From: Spirochaetia bacterium
Lineage (GTDB): Bacteria > Spirochaetota > Spirochaetia > UBA9216
Reading direction: 5' to 3'
Assembly: GCA_963677925.2 (NCBI GenBank)
Contig: CAXXYH010000003.1
Coordinates: forward strand, 1,792,001-1,856,000
Length of the DNA stretch: 64,000 bases
This document shows positions 45,297-54,450 of this stretch, piece by piece. The notes under the pieces were generated by a model. The model did no database searches, had not been told where the DNA came from, and saw only the letters and a list, made by a program, of their open reading frames with translations. A program made the translations under genes and the position numbers. Each line of letters starts with the position of its first letter. Positions within the stretch are counted from its first letter, which is position 1.

Positions 45297-46256
45297 TTAT
45301 GCAAGATAGGCGGTAATAGCTTTTACCTCTTCAGCCTCTGTAAGAGACTGAGGAACAAACTCGGTTCCGGTAATCTGCTCATATGCCTGAATATAGCGCC
45401 ATGCAACTTCAATTCTGACTTCATCCGGAATAACCGGTGATTCACCGTCGCCCATGAAGTTCTTCTCGGTTATAAGCCAGTGCCTGAGATATTCCTTGTC
45501 AATCTTGCGCTGTTCCTCACCTTTTTCAAAAAGGTCTTCATAGGTATCTGCATACCAGAATCGGCTGGAATCAGGGGTGTGAACCTCATCAACAAGGATA
45601 AGCTCGCCGTCGAGCAGGCCGAACTCGTATTTGGTATCTACCAGGATAAGCCCCTGCTTTTCAAGCATATTGCTTCCGCGGTTAAACAGAGCCACAGCGG
45701 CCTTTTCAACCTTTGCCCAGAGTTCTTTTTCAACAAGCCCTGTTTTCACAATTTCTTCACAGCTGATCGGCATATCATGTTCGCCGATCTCCGCCTTTGT
45801 GGAAGGTGTAAGCAGAGGCTGTTCAAACTTCTGATTCATCTTCATTCCGGCGGGAAGCTTAATTCCTGATATATCCTTTCCGGCCTGGTAATCCCTCCAG
45901 GCTGAACCGGTGAGATAGCCGCGTACAATCACTTCAACAGGAAGAACCTCGCATTTCTTTACAGCAACCGTCCGTGCCGTAACCTGCTCAGCAATATGGT
46001 TTGCAACTATATCTGCAGTCTGTTCAAACCAGAAGAGGGAAATGCGGTTAAGCAGTTCACCCTTGCAGGGTATAGTAGAAAGAATCCGGTCAAAGGCCGA
46101 TATTCGATCGGAAGTCGTGATAACCAGTTTGTCGTCGCCGGACGGAAAGATATCACGAACCTTTCCGGAAATATATCCCGGTGTTTTTACCGCCTCGCTT
46201 CCGGCAAATCCGCCGAAAGCACTTCCCATGTAGGATGCTATTTCTTCTCTTTTCAT
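45297..46256 (-). CDS. purC: SAICAR synthetase
   Basis: GKVRD, SDRISAFD, VRGYLTGS, TPSTKA, LVDTKYEFG, DEVHTPDSSRFW. Confidence 0.96.
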   Translation of the reverse strand: MKREEIASYMGSAFGGFAGSEAVKTPGYISGKVRDIFPSGDDKLVITTSDRISAFDRILSTIPCKGELLNRISLFWFEQTADIVANHIAEQVTARTVAVKKCEVLPVEVIVRGYLTGSAWRDYQAGKDISGIKLPAGMKMNQKFEQPLLTPSTKAEIGEHDMPISCEEIVKTGLVEKELWAKVEKAAVALFNRGSNMLEKQGLILVDTKYEFGLLDGELILVDEVHTPDSSRFWYADTYEDLFEKGEEQRKIDKEYLRHWLITEKNFMGDGESPVIPDEVRIEVAWRYIQAYEQITGTEFVPQSLTEAEEVKAITAYLA

Positions 46257-46843
46257 CAGGCCAGTTCACTCCTGCTGCTAATTACCTTTGATATAAGTCC
46301 GTACTCCACTGAATCCAAAGCATTGAGCCAGTAGTCACGGTCAGTATCCTTCTCTACTCTATCAAGCGACTGGCCGGTTTCATCGGCGATAAGCTGATTC
46401 AGCTTCTGCCTGGTTTTCTCAAGTTCCTTAGCGTGAATTTCAATCTCGGTTGCAACGCCGCGCATACCGGAAAGTGGCTGGTGGATCAGGTAGTGGGAAT
46501 TGGGAAGACCGAGTCTTCTCTCCTTCGGTGCGGCAAGCAGGATAAGTGCTCCCGCACTGGCAACCAGCCCCATTCCAACTGTATAAACATCCGGTTTTAC
46601 AAATCTGATCATATCGAAAATTGCATAGCCTGCATCAACGTCACCGCCGGGAGAGTCAATGAAAACCTTGATTGGCTCATCGCTTTCGGCTTCAAGAATT
46701 AGAAGCTGTTTTACAACCTTTTCAGCAAGCTCCTTGTTTACTTCTCCGGAAAGCAGAATTGTTCTTGTCTTCAGTATTTTTTCAGATACCGCATCAGGAT
46801 TTTCCGCTTTATCCTTACTGCATTCTCTTTCTTCTTCACTCAT
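46256..46843 (-). CDS. clpP: ATP-dependent Clp protease proteolytic subunit (start revised to MSEEER)
   Basis: FIDSPGG, GLVASAG, LIHQP, DTDRDYW; AGGAG SD before ATG at 46843. Confidence 0.93.
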   Translation of the reverse strand: MSEEERECSKDKAENPDAVSEKILKTRTILLSGEVNKELAEKVVKQLLILEAESDEPIKVFIDSPGGDVDAGYAIFDMIRFVKPDVYTVGMGLVASAGALILLAAPKERRLGLPNSHYLIHQPLSGMRGVATEIEIHAKELEKTRQKLNQLIADETGQSLDRVEKDTDRDYWLNALDSVEYGLISKVISSRSELA

Positions 46844-46921
46844 AAAAATAACTACTCCTGTTTTTATGTAACATGATGCAAAGCCTCTTGTCAATTGTAT
46901 AGAATTTACTACAATTAGCAA

Positions 46922-47815
46922 ATGAAGTCAGCATATATATCCATTATAGGACGGCCTTCTGCCGGAAAATCGACCCTAATAAACAGCATCTGCGGTGAAA
47001 AAGTCTCAATAGTATCACCGGTACCTCAAACTACCAGAAATAAAATCCGCGGAATTATAACCAGAGACGAAGGCCAGCTGGTTTTCATAGATACTCCCGG
47101 ATACCATATTTCGGACAAAAAGTTCAACAATTACCTGAAAGACCTTGCAGGATCGGCAGTAGAAGATGCAGATCTATTTCTATATGTAATAGATACAGCC
47201 AGAAAACCCGGAGCTGAAGAGAAGGAAGTTCTTTCCATGCTGGAACCCTACTTCGACAGGACGATAGTTGCATTGAATAAAACCGATCTGCCCGAATCAA
47301 AGCCTCAGGAAATAGTAGATTTCATCGGGGAAACCGCAGGTTCACATCCTGCAGGTATGATAGGGATTTCTGCTGAAAAGGGAACCAATGTTGAAGACAT
47401 ACTCAAAGCCCTTTTTGAACTGGCACCGGAAGGCTTTCCCCTGTACCCGGAAGACTACTACACCGACCAGGAGCCTTCCTTCCGTATAATGGAAGTAATA
47501 CGGGAAAAGGCAATCACCGGCTCCAGACAGGAACTGCCCCACTCTATCTATGTAGATATTGCCGATATGGAGGCGGACAGGGATGAAAGCGGTGAAATCA
47601 AAAAGCTATGGGTACGTGCATTTCTTACTGCAGAAAGAGATAGCCAGAAAGGAATTCTTGTAGGACGCGGCGGAGAAAACATTAAAAGGATTCGGCTTGA
47701 AGCACAGAAGGAGCTTAACCAGCTTTTTCCCTACAGGGTAAGCCTTGATTTAAGGGTTAAGGTGAATCCAAAATGGCGGCGTAACGACGGACTGCTTAAG
47801 AATATGCTGTTTTAA
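46922..47815 (+). CDS. era: GTPase Era
   Basis: GRPSAGKST, PQTTR, DTPG, NKTD, ISA; KH domain with SQKGILVGRGG. Confidence 0.96.
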   Translation: MKSAYISIIGRPSAGKSTLINSICGEKVSIVSPVPQTTRNKIRGIITRDEGQLVFIDTPGYHISDKKFNNYLKDLAGSAVEDADLFLYVIDTARKPGAEEKEVLSMLEPYFDRTIVALNKTDLPESKPQEIVDFIGETAGSHPAGMIGISAEKGTNVEDILKALFELAPEGFPLYPEDYYTDQEPSFRIMEVIREKAITGSRQELPHSIYVDIADMEADRDESGEIKKLWVRAFLTAERDSQKGILVGRGGENIKRIRLEAQKELNQLFPYRVSLDLRVKVNPKWRRNDGLLKNMLF

Positions 47816-47822
47816 GAATCTC

Positions 47823-48992
47823 TTAAGGCTGTTTATCCGAATCAGCCCTGTGCCGGTGAAAAATCCGGTAGGGGGTTTCGGGCAGAGTGTTTTCAACCAT
47901 TTTATCGTAAAGTTCCAAATCGCGCTTTCGGGCCCGGCCGCCGAGCTTGCGGATTGTCTTCAGCAGTGCAGCCACCTGCTTGCGCTGCTCAGAATTCATG
48001 TTGATGAACAGAAGTCCGTAATGGTAGAAATCTTTAACCTTTTTCTTCCATTTAACAACACCGTCTATATCAGCAGAGTCATATCCTACCGTACAGAAGA
48101 AGCCGCAGAGCTCTCCCATCTTGATATCAAGCGAGGTTTCAAGACAGGCGCCGGTGCTTGAGACATTTACGAGTTTTGCCGGGTTAATATTTCCCTGGAA
48201 GCGGAGTGAAACATTTATATTAACAGAGTAACGGCTGTACAGTCTCTTTTCCTCAGCTGATTCAACCTCGGTGATCGCGCCCACACCCAGCAGGTGAAGC
48301 ATTGCAATTATATGCTCAACCCCCTCTTTTTCTGTTTCCGAGATATTTACAAACATTATTCCGTACCCCGGAAGGCTGCAGTCATCCAGAACGCTGCGCA
48401 TTACCCGGCCTTTTAAGGCAACGGAAATACTGTTGCCCATATAGATTCTTAGGGGATAGATATGGCCTGTATCAATTTTCTCTGCGATTCTGATAAAACA
48501 ACCCCCGAGGGAGATATCTTCAAGGTAGCCCAGTTCTGCCATTCCTGCATATTCGATGGAAACACCAAGATCAATTTCGTATCTTCTGGCCTGTTCCCAC
48601 CACCTAAGCCGCGGGTTGAAATACGGCGCAATTATATGTTTTCTGAAAAAGAACCCTGCAGCAGCAAAAAGCACCAGGTTGAACATAATCATTCCGCCCA
48701 GCGAGATCATGGGATTAGCAGCATATGCTGTAATATTATAAACAATCATCGTGGCCGCAGTTACCATAAAAACCCACCACCCGGCTTTATGAACTGTATA
48801 AACGGCAACTGCTGCCAGGGGGTAGAGACATAAAATTATGATATCGGAAACTGCAAGCCTGGTAAAAATATTTCCGCGGCCCCAGAGAGGTATCATATTT
48901 ATGTAAGCATTGAGGACAACCGTCACAAGCGGAGTTAAAATAAGCAGCAGTGAAAAAAAGAGAATACTTCCGGGACGTTTCAGACTGTTCAA
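47823..48992 (-). CDS. Membrane protein with tandem PilZ domains
   Basis: About 4 TM helices; DISLGG in domain 1; RLYSR + NVSSTG in domain 2. Confidence 0.8.
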   Translation of the reverse strand: MNSLKRPGSILFFSLLLILTPLVTVVLNAYINMIPLWGRGNIFTRLAVSDIIILCLYPLAAVAVYTVHKAGWWVFMVTAATMIVYNITAYAANPMISLGGMIMFNLVLFAAAGFFFRKHIIAPYFNPRLRWWEQARRYEIDLGVSIEYAGMAELGYLEDISLGGCFIRIAEKIDTGHIYPLRIYMGNSISVALKGRVMRSVLDDCSLPGYGIMFVNISETEKEGVEHIIAMLHLLGVGAITEVESAEEKRLYSRYSVNINVSLRFQGNINPAKLVNVSSTGACLETSLDIKMGELCGFFCTVGYDSADIDGVVKWKKKVKDFYHYGLLFINMNSEQRKQVAALLKTIRKLGGRARKRDLELYDKMVENTLPETPYRIFHRHRADSDKQP

Positions 48993-49102
48993 AACGCACT
49001 CCTTTTTTAATTTACATTTAAATTATAGTATGAATATACAGGATTTTCGCTAAAAATGTCCAGAAAACTTGAATAATATTCCATCTCCACTATAATTTGG
49101 GT

Positions 49103-50341
49103 ATGAATCGAAGGCTGATTTTTTTACTTACTGTGACTGCAATCTTTTATTTTTTTATCAGCCTTTCCGGATGTTCTCTCTTCATATTAAAAGACAGCCT
49201 TACCCCTGATGAATATCTTCCGGAAGCCGTATTAATAGTAGTTGATAGTGAAGTAGCCCGGGAAACAGAAGCAAGAATTGCCGTCTATCAAAGTGATTTG
49301 AGTGCAGAAGGAGTAAGTTCTTCTGTCATAGTCTGGGAAAATTCCGACAATTACGCAGAACTCAAAGACAGACTTATTGCCTCATCAGCTGATCATACCT
49401 GCGCCTTTTTCGTTGGGAATCTTCCGGTTGCCTGGTACGAGCAGGAGGCCTTCGGCGAAGAAGAAGTATTTCCTGCAGATCTCTATTATATGGATCTTGA
49501 TTCGATCTGGTCCGACACAGACGGGGACGGATATCTTGATGAACACAGTGATATTGAGGTTGATTTCTATATTTCACGAATTACAGGCTCAGCTGAAGAA
49601 CTTAACTTCTATTTTGATAAATTATCTGCCTACCGCAGCGGAACCGGATTTATTTATGATGATGCTCTGATATTCAAGGATGATGACTGGCAGTCGAATT
49701 ACCGAAGCAACAGCCTCGGCCTTGATTCACTCTACAGCAGCGTAACAATTCTGCAGGACCCCGAAACGACCCTGAGGGAAAGCTATATAGAACAGGTTAC
49801 CGGAAACGGTTATGAGTTTGTATATCAGTGGGTACACGCCGCGCCGCCTGTTCTTTTCTTTGACGAGGGCGATACATATGATCTGATGAGAGCCAGCGAC
49901 ATAGGGGCTAACAACCTTAAAGCCAACTTCTACAATCTCTTCGACTGTCAGGCGGCCAGGTTTACCGTCAACAATCTTGCATCAAACTACCTGCTTGAAA
50001 CTGATTCAGCCATTTCCGTAGTAGGCTCGACGAAGACCGGAGGCATATACTATCCGATTGAATTCAATAAAGCGCTGGGTGAAGGGGCCTGCTGGGGAGC
50101 CGCATACAGAGTCTGGTACAACAATTCCGGATATACCGATGACAATTGGTTTCTGGGAATGATTATAATGGGTGATCCGGCAATCAGACCCTACCATGCA
50201 TCCGGAGCCGATATTGCGGAAGGCAGCAGATCTATATCTACCATTATTCCTTTAAGCGAAGAAGAAACCGACCGCATGTTCCTGCAGCTGCGTGATTTCG
50301 ACCTTGCCGAGGAATATGAAGATAAATCTGTGGATGAATAA
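49103..50341 (+). CDS. Lipoprotein, probable peptidase C25 (gingipain-like) fold; start revised to ATG at 49103
   Basis: LSGC lipobox; FFVGNLP, ADLYYMDLD, ISRI, WVHAAP, FDCQAARF, MGDP. Confidence 0.65.
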   Translation: MNRRLIFLLTVTAIFYFFISLSGCSLFILKDSLTPDEYLPEAVLIVVDSEVARETEARIAVYQSDLSAEGVSSSVIVWENSDNYAELKDRLIASSADHTCAFFVGNLPVAWYEQEAFGEEEVFPADLYYMDLDSIWSDTDGDGYLDEHSDIEVDFYISRITGSAEELNFYFDKLSAYRSGTGFIYDDALIFKDDDWQSNYRSNSLGLDSLYSSVTILQDPETTLRESYIEQVTGNGYEFVYQWVHAAPPVLFFDEGDTYDLMRASDIGANNLKANFYNLFDCQAARFTVNNLASNYLLETDSAISVVGSTKTGGIYYPIEFNKALGEGACWGAAYRVWYNNSGYTDDNWFLGMIIMGDPAIRPYHASGADIAEGSRSISTIIPLSEEETDRMFLQLRDFDLAEEYEDKSVDE

Positions 50342-50408
50342 ACGTAATTTTATTCCAGCATTAAGATCTGTTATTTGACTTTTTACAGCCCTGCTATTAT
50401 TAATAGAC

Positions 50409-51623
50409 ATGCAGAAATCATTACTTCGAAAAATCAGCCTATTGCTGCTGTTTGTAATCACCATATTCAGGCTTCCTGCCGCTGAATCAGCCTTTCCTGT
50501 AATAAATTCAGAATCGGCAATTCTTATAGACATGGGAACAGGTACAGTACTCTTTGAAAAGAATGCAGACACGGTTATTCCTCCCGCATCAATGACAAAG
50601 CTTATGACAATGCACATTGCGCTCGAAGCAGTCAAAAACGGGCAATGCAGCCTTGACGATTATGTACCGATAGGCAGGAATGCTGATTTCCGAAACCAGC
50701 CTCCCCACTCTTCGCTTATGTTTATCGAAGAAGGTCAGAAGGTAACACTTGCCGGACTGCTTACCGGACTGGCAATTCCCTCCGGTAATGATGCCGCGGT
50801 GGCTGTAGCTGACTTTATAGCCGGCAGCACCCCGGAATTTATCAGAATGATGAATGCAGAGGCGGACAGGCTTGGTCTGCTGAACACAAATTTTGATGAC
50901 ACCTCCGGATATTCAGCATATAACAGTACAACATCAAGGGAGTATGCTGAGTTCTGCAGCTACTACATAAGCGAACATCCTGAAGCACTTGAACTCTTTC
51001 ATGCAATAACCGAGTTCACCTATCCGGCAGAGAATAATCTGCCGGACAGCGGAGAAAGCGTTTACGGACCCATAACACAGTACAATCATAACCAGCTTGC
51101 CGGAAGATACCCGGGAGTCGATGGACTAAAAACCGGTTATATTGATGAATCGGGTTTTAACATAGCCGCCACCTGTATACAGAACGAAAGAAGGCTTCTT
51201 GCTGTCATTATGGGGGGCCGGGGAAAGACCACATCAGATGGAAATCTTAAAAGGCTTGTCGATGTTTCAATTCTTTTTACCTACGGTTTTGAGGCATGGA
51301 CTGTTTTCAGTCCCGGAAAAAACACTTACACCGAGATGAAGGTCTGGAAAGGAAAGCGGGATTTCGTTGCCGCCGAAAGAACAAAGGCTGATGATATATG
51401 TCTTAAATACTCTGATTTGATTGATGCCCAATACATAGACACTCCGGCAGACCTGCTCGAAGCCCCGCTATCCAGGGGTGATACGATTGGGTCATGGAAG
51501 CTTGTAGCATCCGATGGCGAAACCCTTACAGAGGGAACTCTTACAGCCATGGCTGAAATAGAAGAAGGCGGCTGGATAAAAAGAAAGCTTGATTCGTTCA
51601 GACTGCGGCGGCTTAGTAATTAG
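50409..51623 (+). CDS. D-alanyl-D-alanine carboxypeptidase (peptidase S11)
   Basis: PASMTK (SxxK), SGN (SxN), LKTG. Confidence 0.93.
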   Translation: MQKSLLRKISLLLLFVITIFRLPAAESAFPVINSESAILIDMGTGTVLFEKNADTVIPPASMTKLMTMHIALEAVKNGQCSLDDYVPIGRNADFRNQPPHSSLMFIEEGQKVTLAGLLTGLAIPSGNDAAVAVADFIAGSTPEFIRMMNAEADRLGLLNTNFDDTSGYSAYNSTTSREYAEFCSYYISEHPEALELFHAITEFTYPAENNLPDSGESVYGPITQYNHNQLAGRYPGVDGLKTGYIDESGFNIAATCIQNERRLLAVIMGGRGKTTSDGNLKRLVDVSILFTYGFEAWTVFSPGKNTYTEMKVWKGKRDFVAAERTKADDICLKYSDLIDAQYIDTPADLLEAPLSRGDTIGSWKLVASDGETLTEGTLTAMAEIEEGGWIKRKLDSFRLRRLSN

Positions 51624-51994
51624 AAAGAATCAGGAAACTTGGAGCTTAGATAACTTTTCAGGTGGGCCTTGTTTACCGGTTTTTCAAGATAACCGTCATA
51701 CGACATCGATGACAGCCGGCCGGCAAACATTTTCTCGGGATAGGCGGAGATAAAGATCACCTTTGTATCAGGATTTTCGGTCTTGATTATCTCACAGGCA
51801 TCAAGACCGTCCTCCTTTGAAGCCATATTTATATCAAGAAATGCTACATCGGGCTTGTGAGCTCTCACAGCCTTTACAACCTCAGTACCATCCTGAGCTT
51901 CGGATTGAATTTCAATTCCGAAGCCGGTAAGTGTCATTGACAGAAATACTCTGAGGATTATCTCATCATCAGCTATAACAGCTCTTAATCCCAT
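51620..51994 (-). CDS. Single-domain response regulator
   Basis: IADDE, FLDINM, ISAY, LEKP. Confidence 0.9.
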   Translation of the reverse strand: MGLRAVIADDEIILRVFLSMTLTGFGIEIQSEAQDGTEVVKAVRAHKPDVAFLDINMASKEDGLDACEIIKTENPDTKVIFISAYPEKMFAGRLSSMSYDGYLEKPVNKAHLKSYLSSKFPDSF

Positions 51995-52023
51995 GCAGGC
52001 TCCTTATGATAACAGAGAGATGT

Positions 52024-53610
52024 TTATACTCTGTATTTACCAAGTAATTTACATACTTTTTCGCTGCCGATTGCATACAGAAAACTGGCAAGCCGCGGTC
52101 CTTTTTCCTTGCCGATAAGGGCTCGGTACACAACCGGAAAAAAATCACCTGACTCAAGCCCGTTCTTCTGAGCCGCATCATAGATACTGACACTGAACTC
52201 TTTCTCGTCCAGTTTATCCATCTTTGCAGCAACTTCATCGCAGAGCATAGACAGCGCGGCGGCTTCAGCCGGACTCACTTTTTCAGCCTCTGCATCATCA
52301 TCTTTAAGGGCAAACTGAAAATCTTCGGGAGCAAAGTTTTTAACCCAGTTCCAGGCACATTCGGCACGCTGTCTGAGTCTTGCTTCCTGCTCAGGCTTTA
52401 CATCGCCAAGATACTCAATAAGCCGATCCACATCCCCAGACTGAATCTGAAGCAGATTGCATAGATGCCTTATCTGTATCTGGTAGGGCATTTCGGCTTC
52501 AGGATTTTCAAGCTGGGACAGTTCATAAATACGGGCCTGTTTTTCCCACTTTTTAAGAGCCTTCTCTGTATCCGGCTTGTTGTAATAGGTCCGTTCGCAC
52601 TTATCATAATCTTCGTAAATTTTCAGTACGTCCAAATCAAAAGATATCGCAAATTCCGCATTAGGTCTGGTTCCTGCGAATAAAAATCTTGCAACTTCGG
52701 GCTGATAGACTTCAAGCACATCATCAAGACCTACGACCTCACCTGAGGATGAGGAAATCTTTCCGCCGCGTCCCTTTATTCTGATAAAATCATACTGAAA
52801 GGTTACCGGCGGTTCCCATCCGTAAATCTCTTTAGAAACCAGTTTTGCAGTATCGAAGGAGCCTCCTTCTGAGTGGTGGTCCTTACCTGCAGGCTCAAAA
52901 TCAACCTGCTCTTCACGCCATCTCATCGGCCAGTCTATTCGCCAGGGAAGTTTCACGGCCCCTGTTTCACGAAGGTCGAGACTCTCATGGTTTCCGCATG
53001 ATTCACATGTATATGTAATTTCCCAGTCACCGTTCCAGGATTCAACTTTGGTTGTATCACGGTTGCATGCAGCACAGAATACACTTACCGGCATCCAGTC
53101 GGCGGCCAGAGGTTCGGTTCTGTGAGCATCCAGTATTTTCCGGATTGATTCTTTCTTTTCAAGAGCGGTCCGCATGCCCTGTGCATAACGGCCGGATTTA
53201 TATTCAGAAGTCTGGTATATGTACTCAGGGAAAACGCCTACAAGGGGGAGAAGAACTTCAAGCCTTTTCTCATTTGCCCGGGCGTAGCTCTCTTCGTTTC
53301 CAAGAACATCAGGGACCGTAGTTATGGGCTGACGAAGAAAGCCTTCAAGCTTTTCCTGCTCAGGCATATTTTTCGGAACCTTGCGGAAAACATCATATTC
53401 ATCCCATGAGTAGATAAACTTCACATTGCAGCCCTTCTGTCTGAGAGCACGAACAACAAGTTCTACAGAGATGATTTCCCTGAAATTTCCAATGTGAACT
53501 GTTCCGGAAGGGGTGATTCCCGAGGCGCAGACGTAGACATCCTTATCGCCTTTTTCTCTGATTATCTTATAGGCGGTAATATCCGCCCAGTGCGTAGATT
53601 GTATATTCAT
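52024..53610 (-). CDS. lysS: Class I lysyl-tRNA synthetase
   Basis: HWAD, SGITPSGTVHIGNFRE, KLPWRIDWPMRW, EPAGKDH, KISSS, GPRLASF. Confidence 0.96.
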   Translation of the reverse strand: MNIQSTHWADITAYKIIREKGDKDVYVCASGITPSGTVHIGNFREIISVELVVRALRQKGCNVKFIYSWDEYDVFRKVPKNMPEQEKLEGFLRQPITTVPDVLGNEESYARANEKRLEVLLPLVGVFPEYIYQTSEYKSGRYAQGMRTALEKKESIRKILDAHRTEPLAADWMPVSVFCAACNRDTTKVESWNGDWEITYTCESCGNHESLDLRETGAVKLPWRIDWPMRWREEQVDFEPAGKDHHSEGGSFDTAKLVSKEIYGWEPPVTFQYDFIRIKGRGGKISSSSGEVVGLDDVLEVYQPEVARFLFAGTRPNAEFAISFDLDVLKIYEDYDKCERTYYNKPDTEKALKKWEKQARIYELSQLENPEAEMPYQIQIRHLCNLLQIQSGDVDRLIEYLGDVKPEQEARLRQRAECAWNWVKNFAPEDFQFALKDDDAEAEKVSPAEAAALSMLCDEVAAKMDKLDEKEFSVSIYDAAQKNGLESGDFFPVVYRALIGKEKGPRLASFLYAIGSEKVCKLLGKYRV

Positions 53611-53679
53611 AGTGGAGCAAGTATACCGGCTGGGTACAAAAATATCAATCCACAGCCGCCCGCTGCCGATAATTGAACT

Positions 53680-54318
53680 ATGAACAGACCGGCGTTTTTC
53701 ATCTGCATTTTAACAATATTCATCATTTTTTCAGGCACGGTTTCGGCTTCTGAAACAGGGCAGGCGTCCTGGTACGGAGGCAAATTTCAGGGACGGCAGA
53801 CAGCCAACGGCGAGATTTTTGATACAAACAAGCTGACTGCCGCACACAAAACCCTGCCGTTTGGAACTGTTGTTAAGGTAACAAACCTCCATAATAACAA
53901 GAGCGTAGAGGTGAGAATAAACGACCGGGGACCCTTTATTGAGGGCAGAATTATCGATCTGTCAAAGGCCGCTGCGGATGCTATAGAGATGACAGCACGG
54001 GGTGTTGCTACTGTCAGGCTTGAAATTGTCAGCTCTCCGGCTGAAAATGCTGCAGGAACAGCTCAGATATCACCTGTCCCGTCTAAATACGAAACTGACA
54101 GCGGCTTCATAGTACAGATTGCTTCATTCTCAAAACTCGATAACGCCGAAAACACACTGAAAAAGCTCTACGGCTACGGCTTCAGCCCTGCAATAGAATT
54201 AAGCAGCAGCGGGATGTACAGAGTAATAATCAACACAGAAACCAGGGTTCAGGCGGATACTGTCTGCCGAAAACTTGCGAATTTCGGATACACAAGCCCC
54301 CTGGTAAGAAATAATTAA
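53680..54318 (+). CDS. rlpA: Septal ring lytic transglycosylase RlpA family (DPBB + SPOR)
   Basis: [37 protein letters not shown]; SPOR-like VQIASF..NA. Confidence 0.92.
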   Translation: MNRPAFFICILTIFIIFSGTVSASETGQASWYGGKFQGRQTANGEIFDTNKLTAAHKTLPFGTVVKVTNLHNNKSVEVRINDRGPFIEGRIIDLSKAAADAIEMTARGVATVRLEIVSSPAENAAGTAQISPVPSKYETDSGFIVQIASFSKLDNAENTLKKLYGYGFSPAIELSSSGMYRVIINTETRVQADTVCRKLANFGYTSPLVRNN

Positions 54319-54450
54319 TATCAATCTGATATAACGGTCAGCGACTGATAATGACACAACTTCTCATTAATGATAGTTTTTTAGAACTCATATACAGTAG
54401 AAAACATTGAGATCAAATACATTAGATTTTTTTTATATAAAGGTGTTTTT

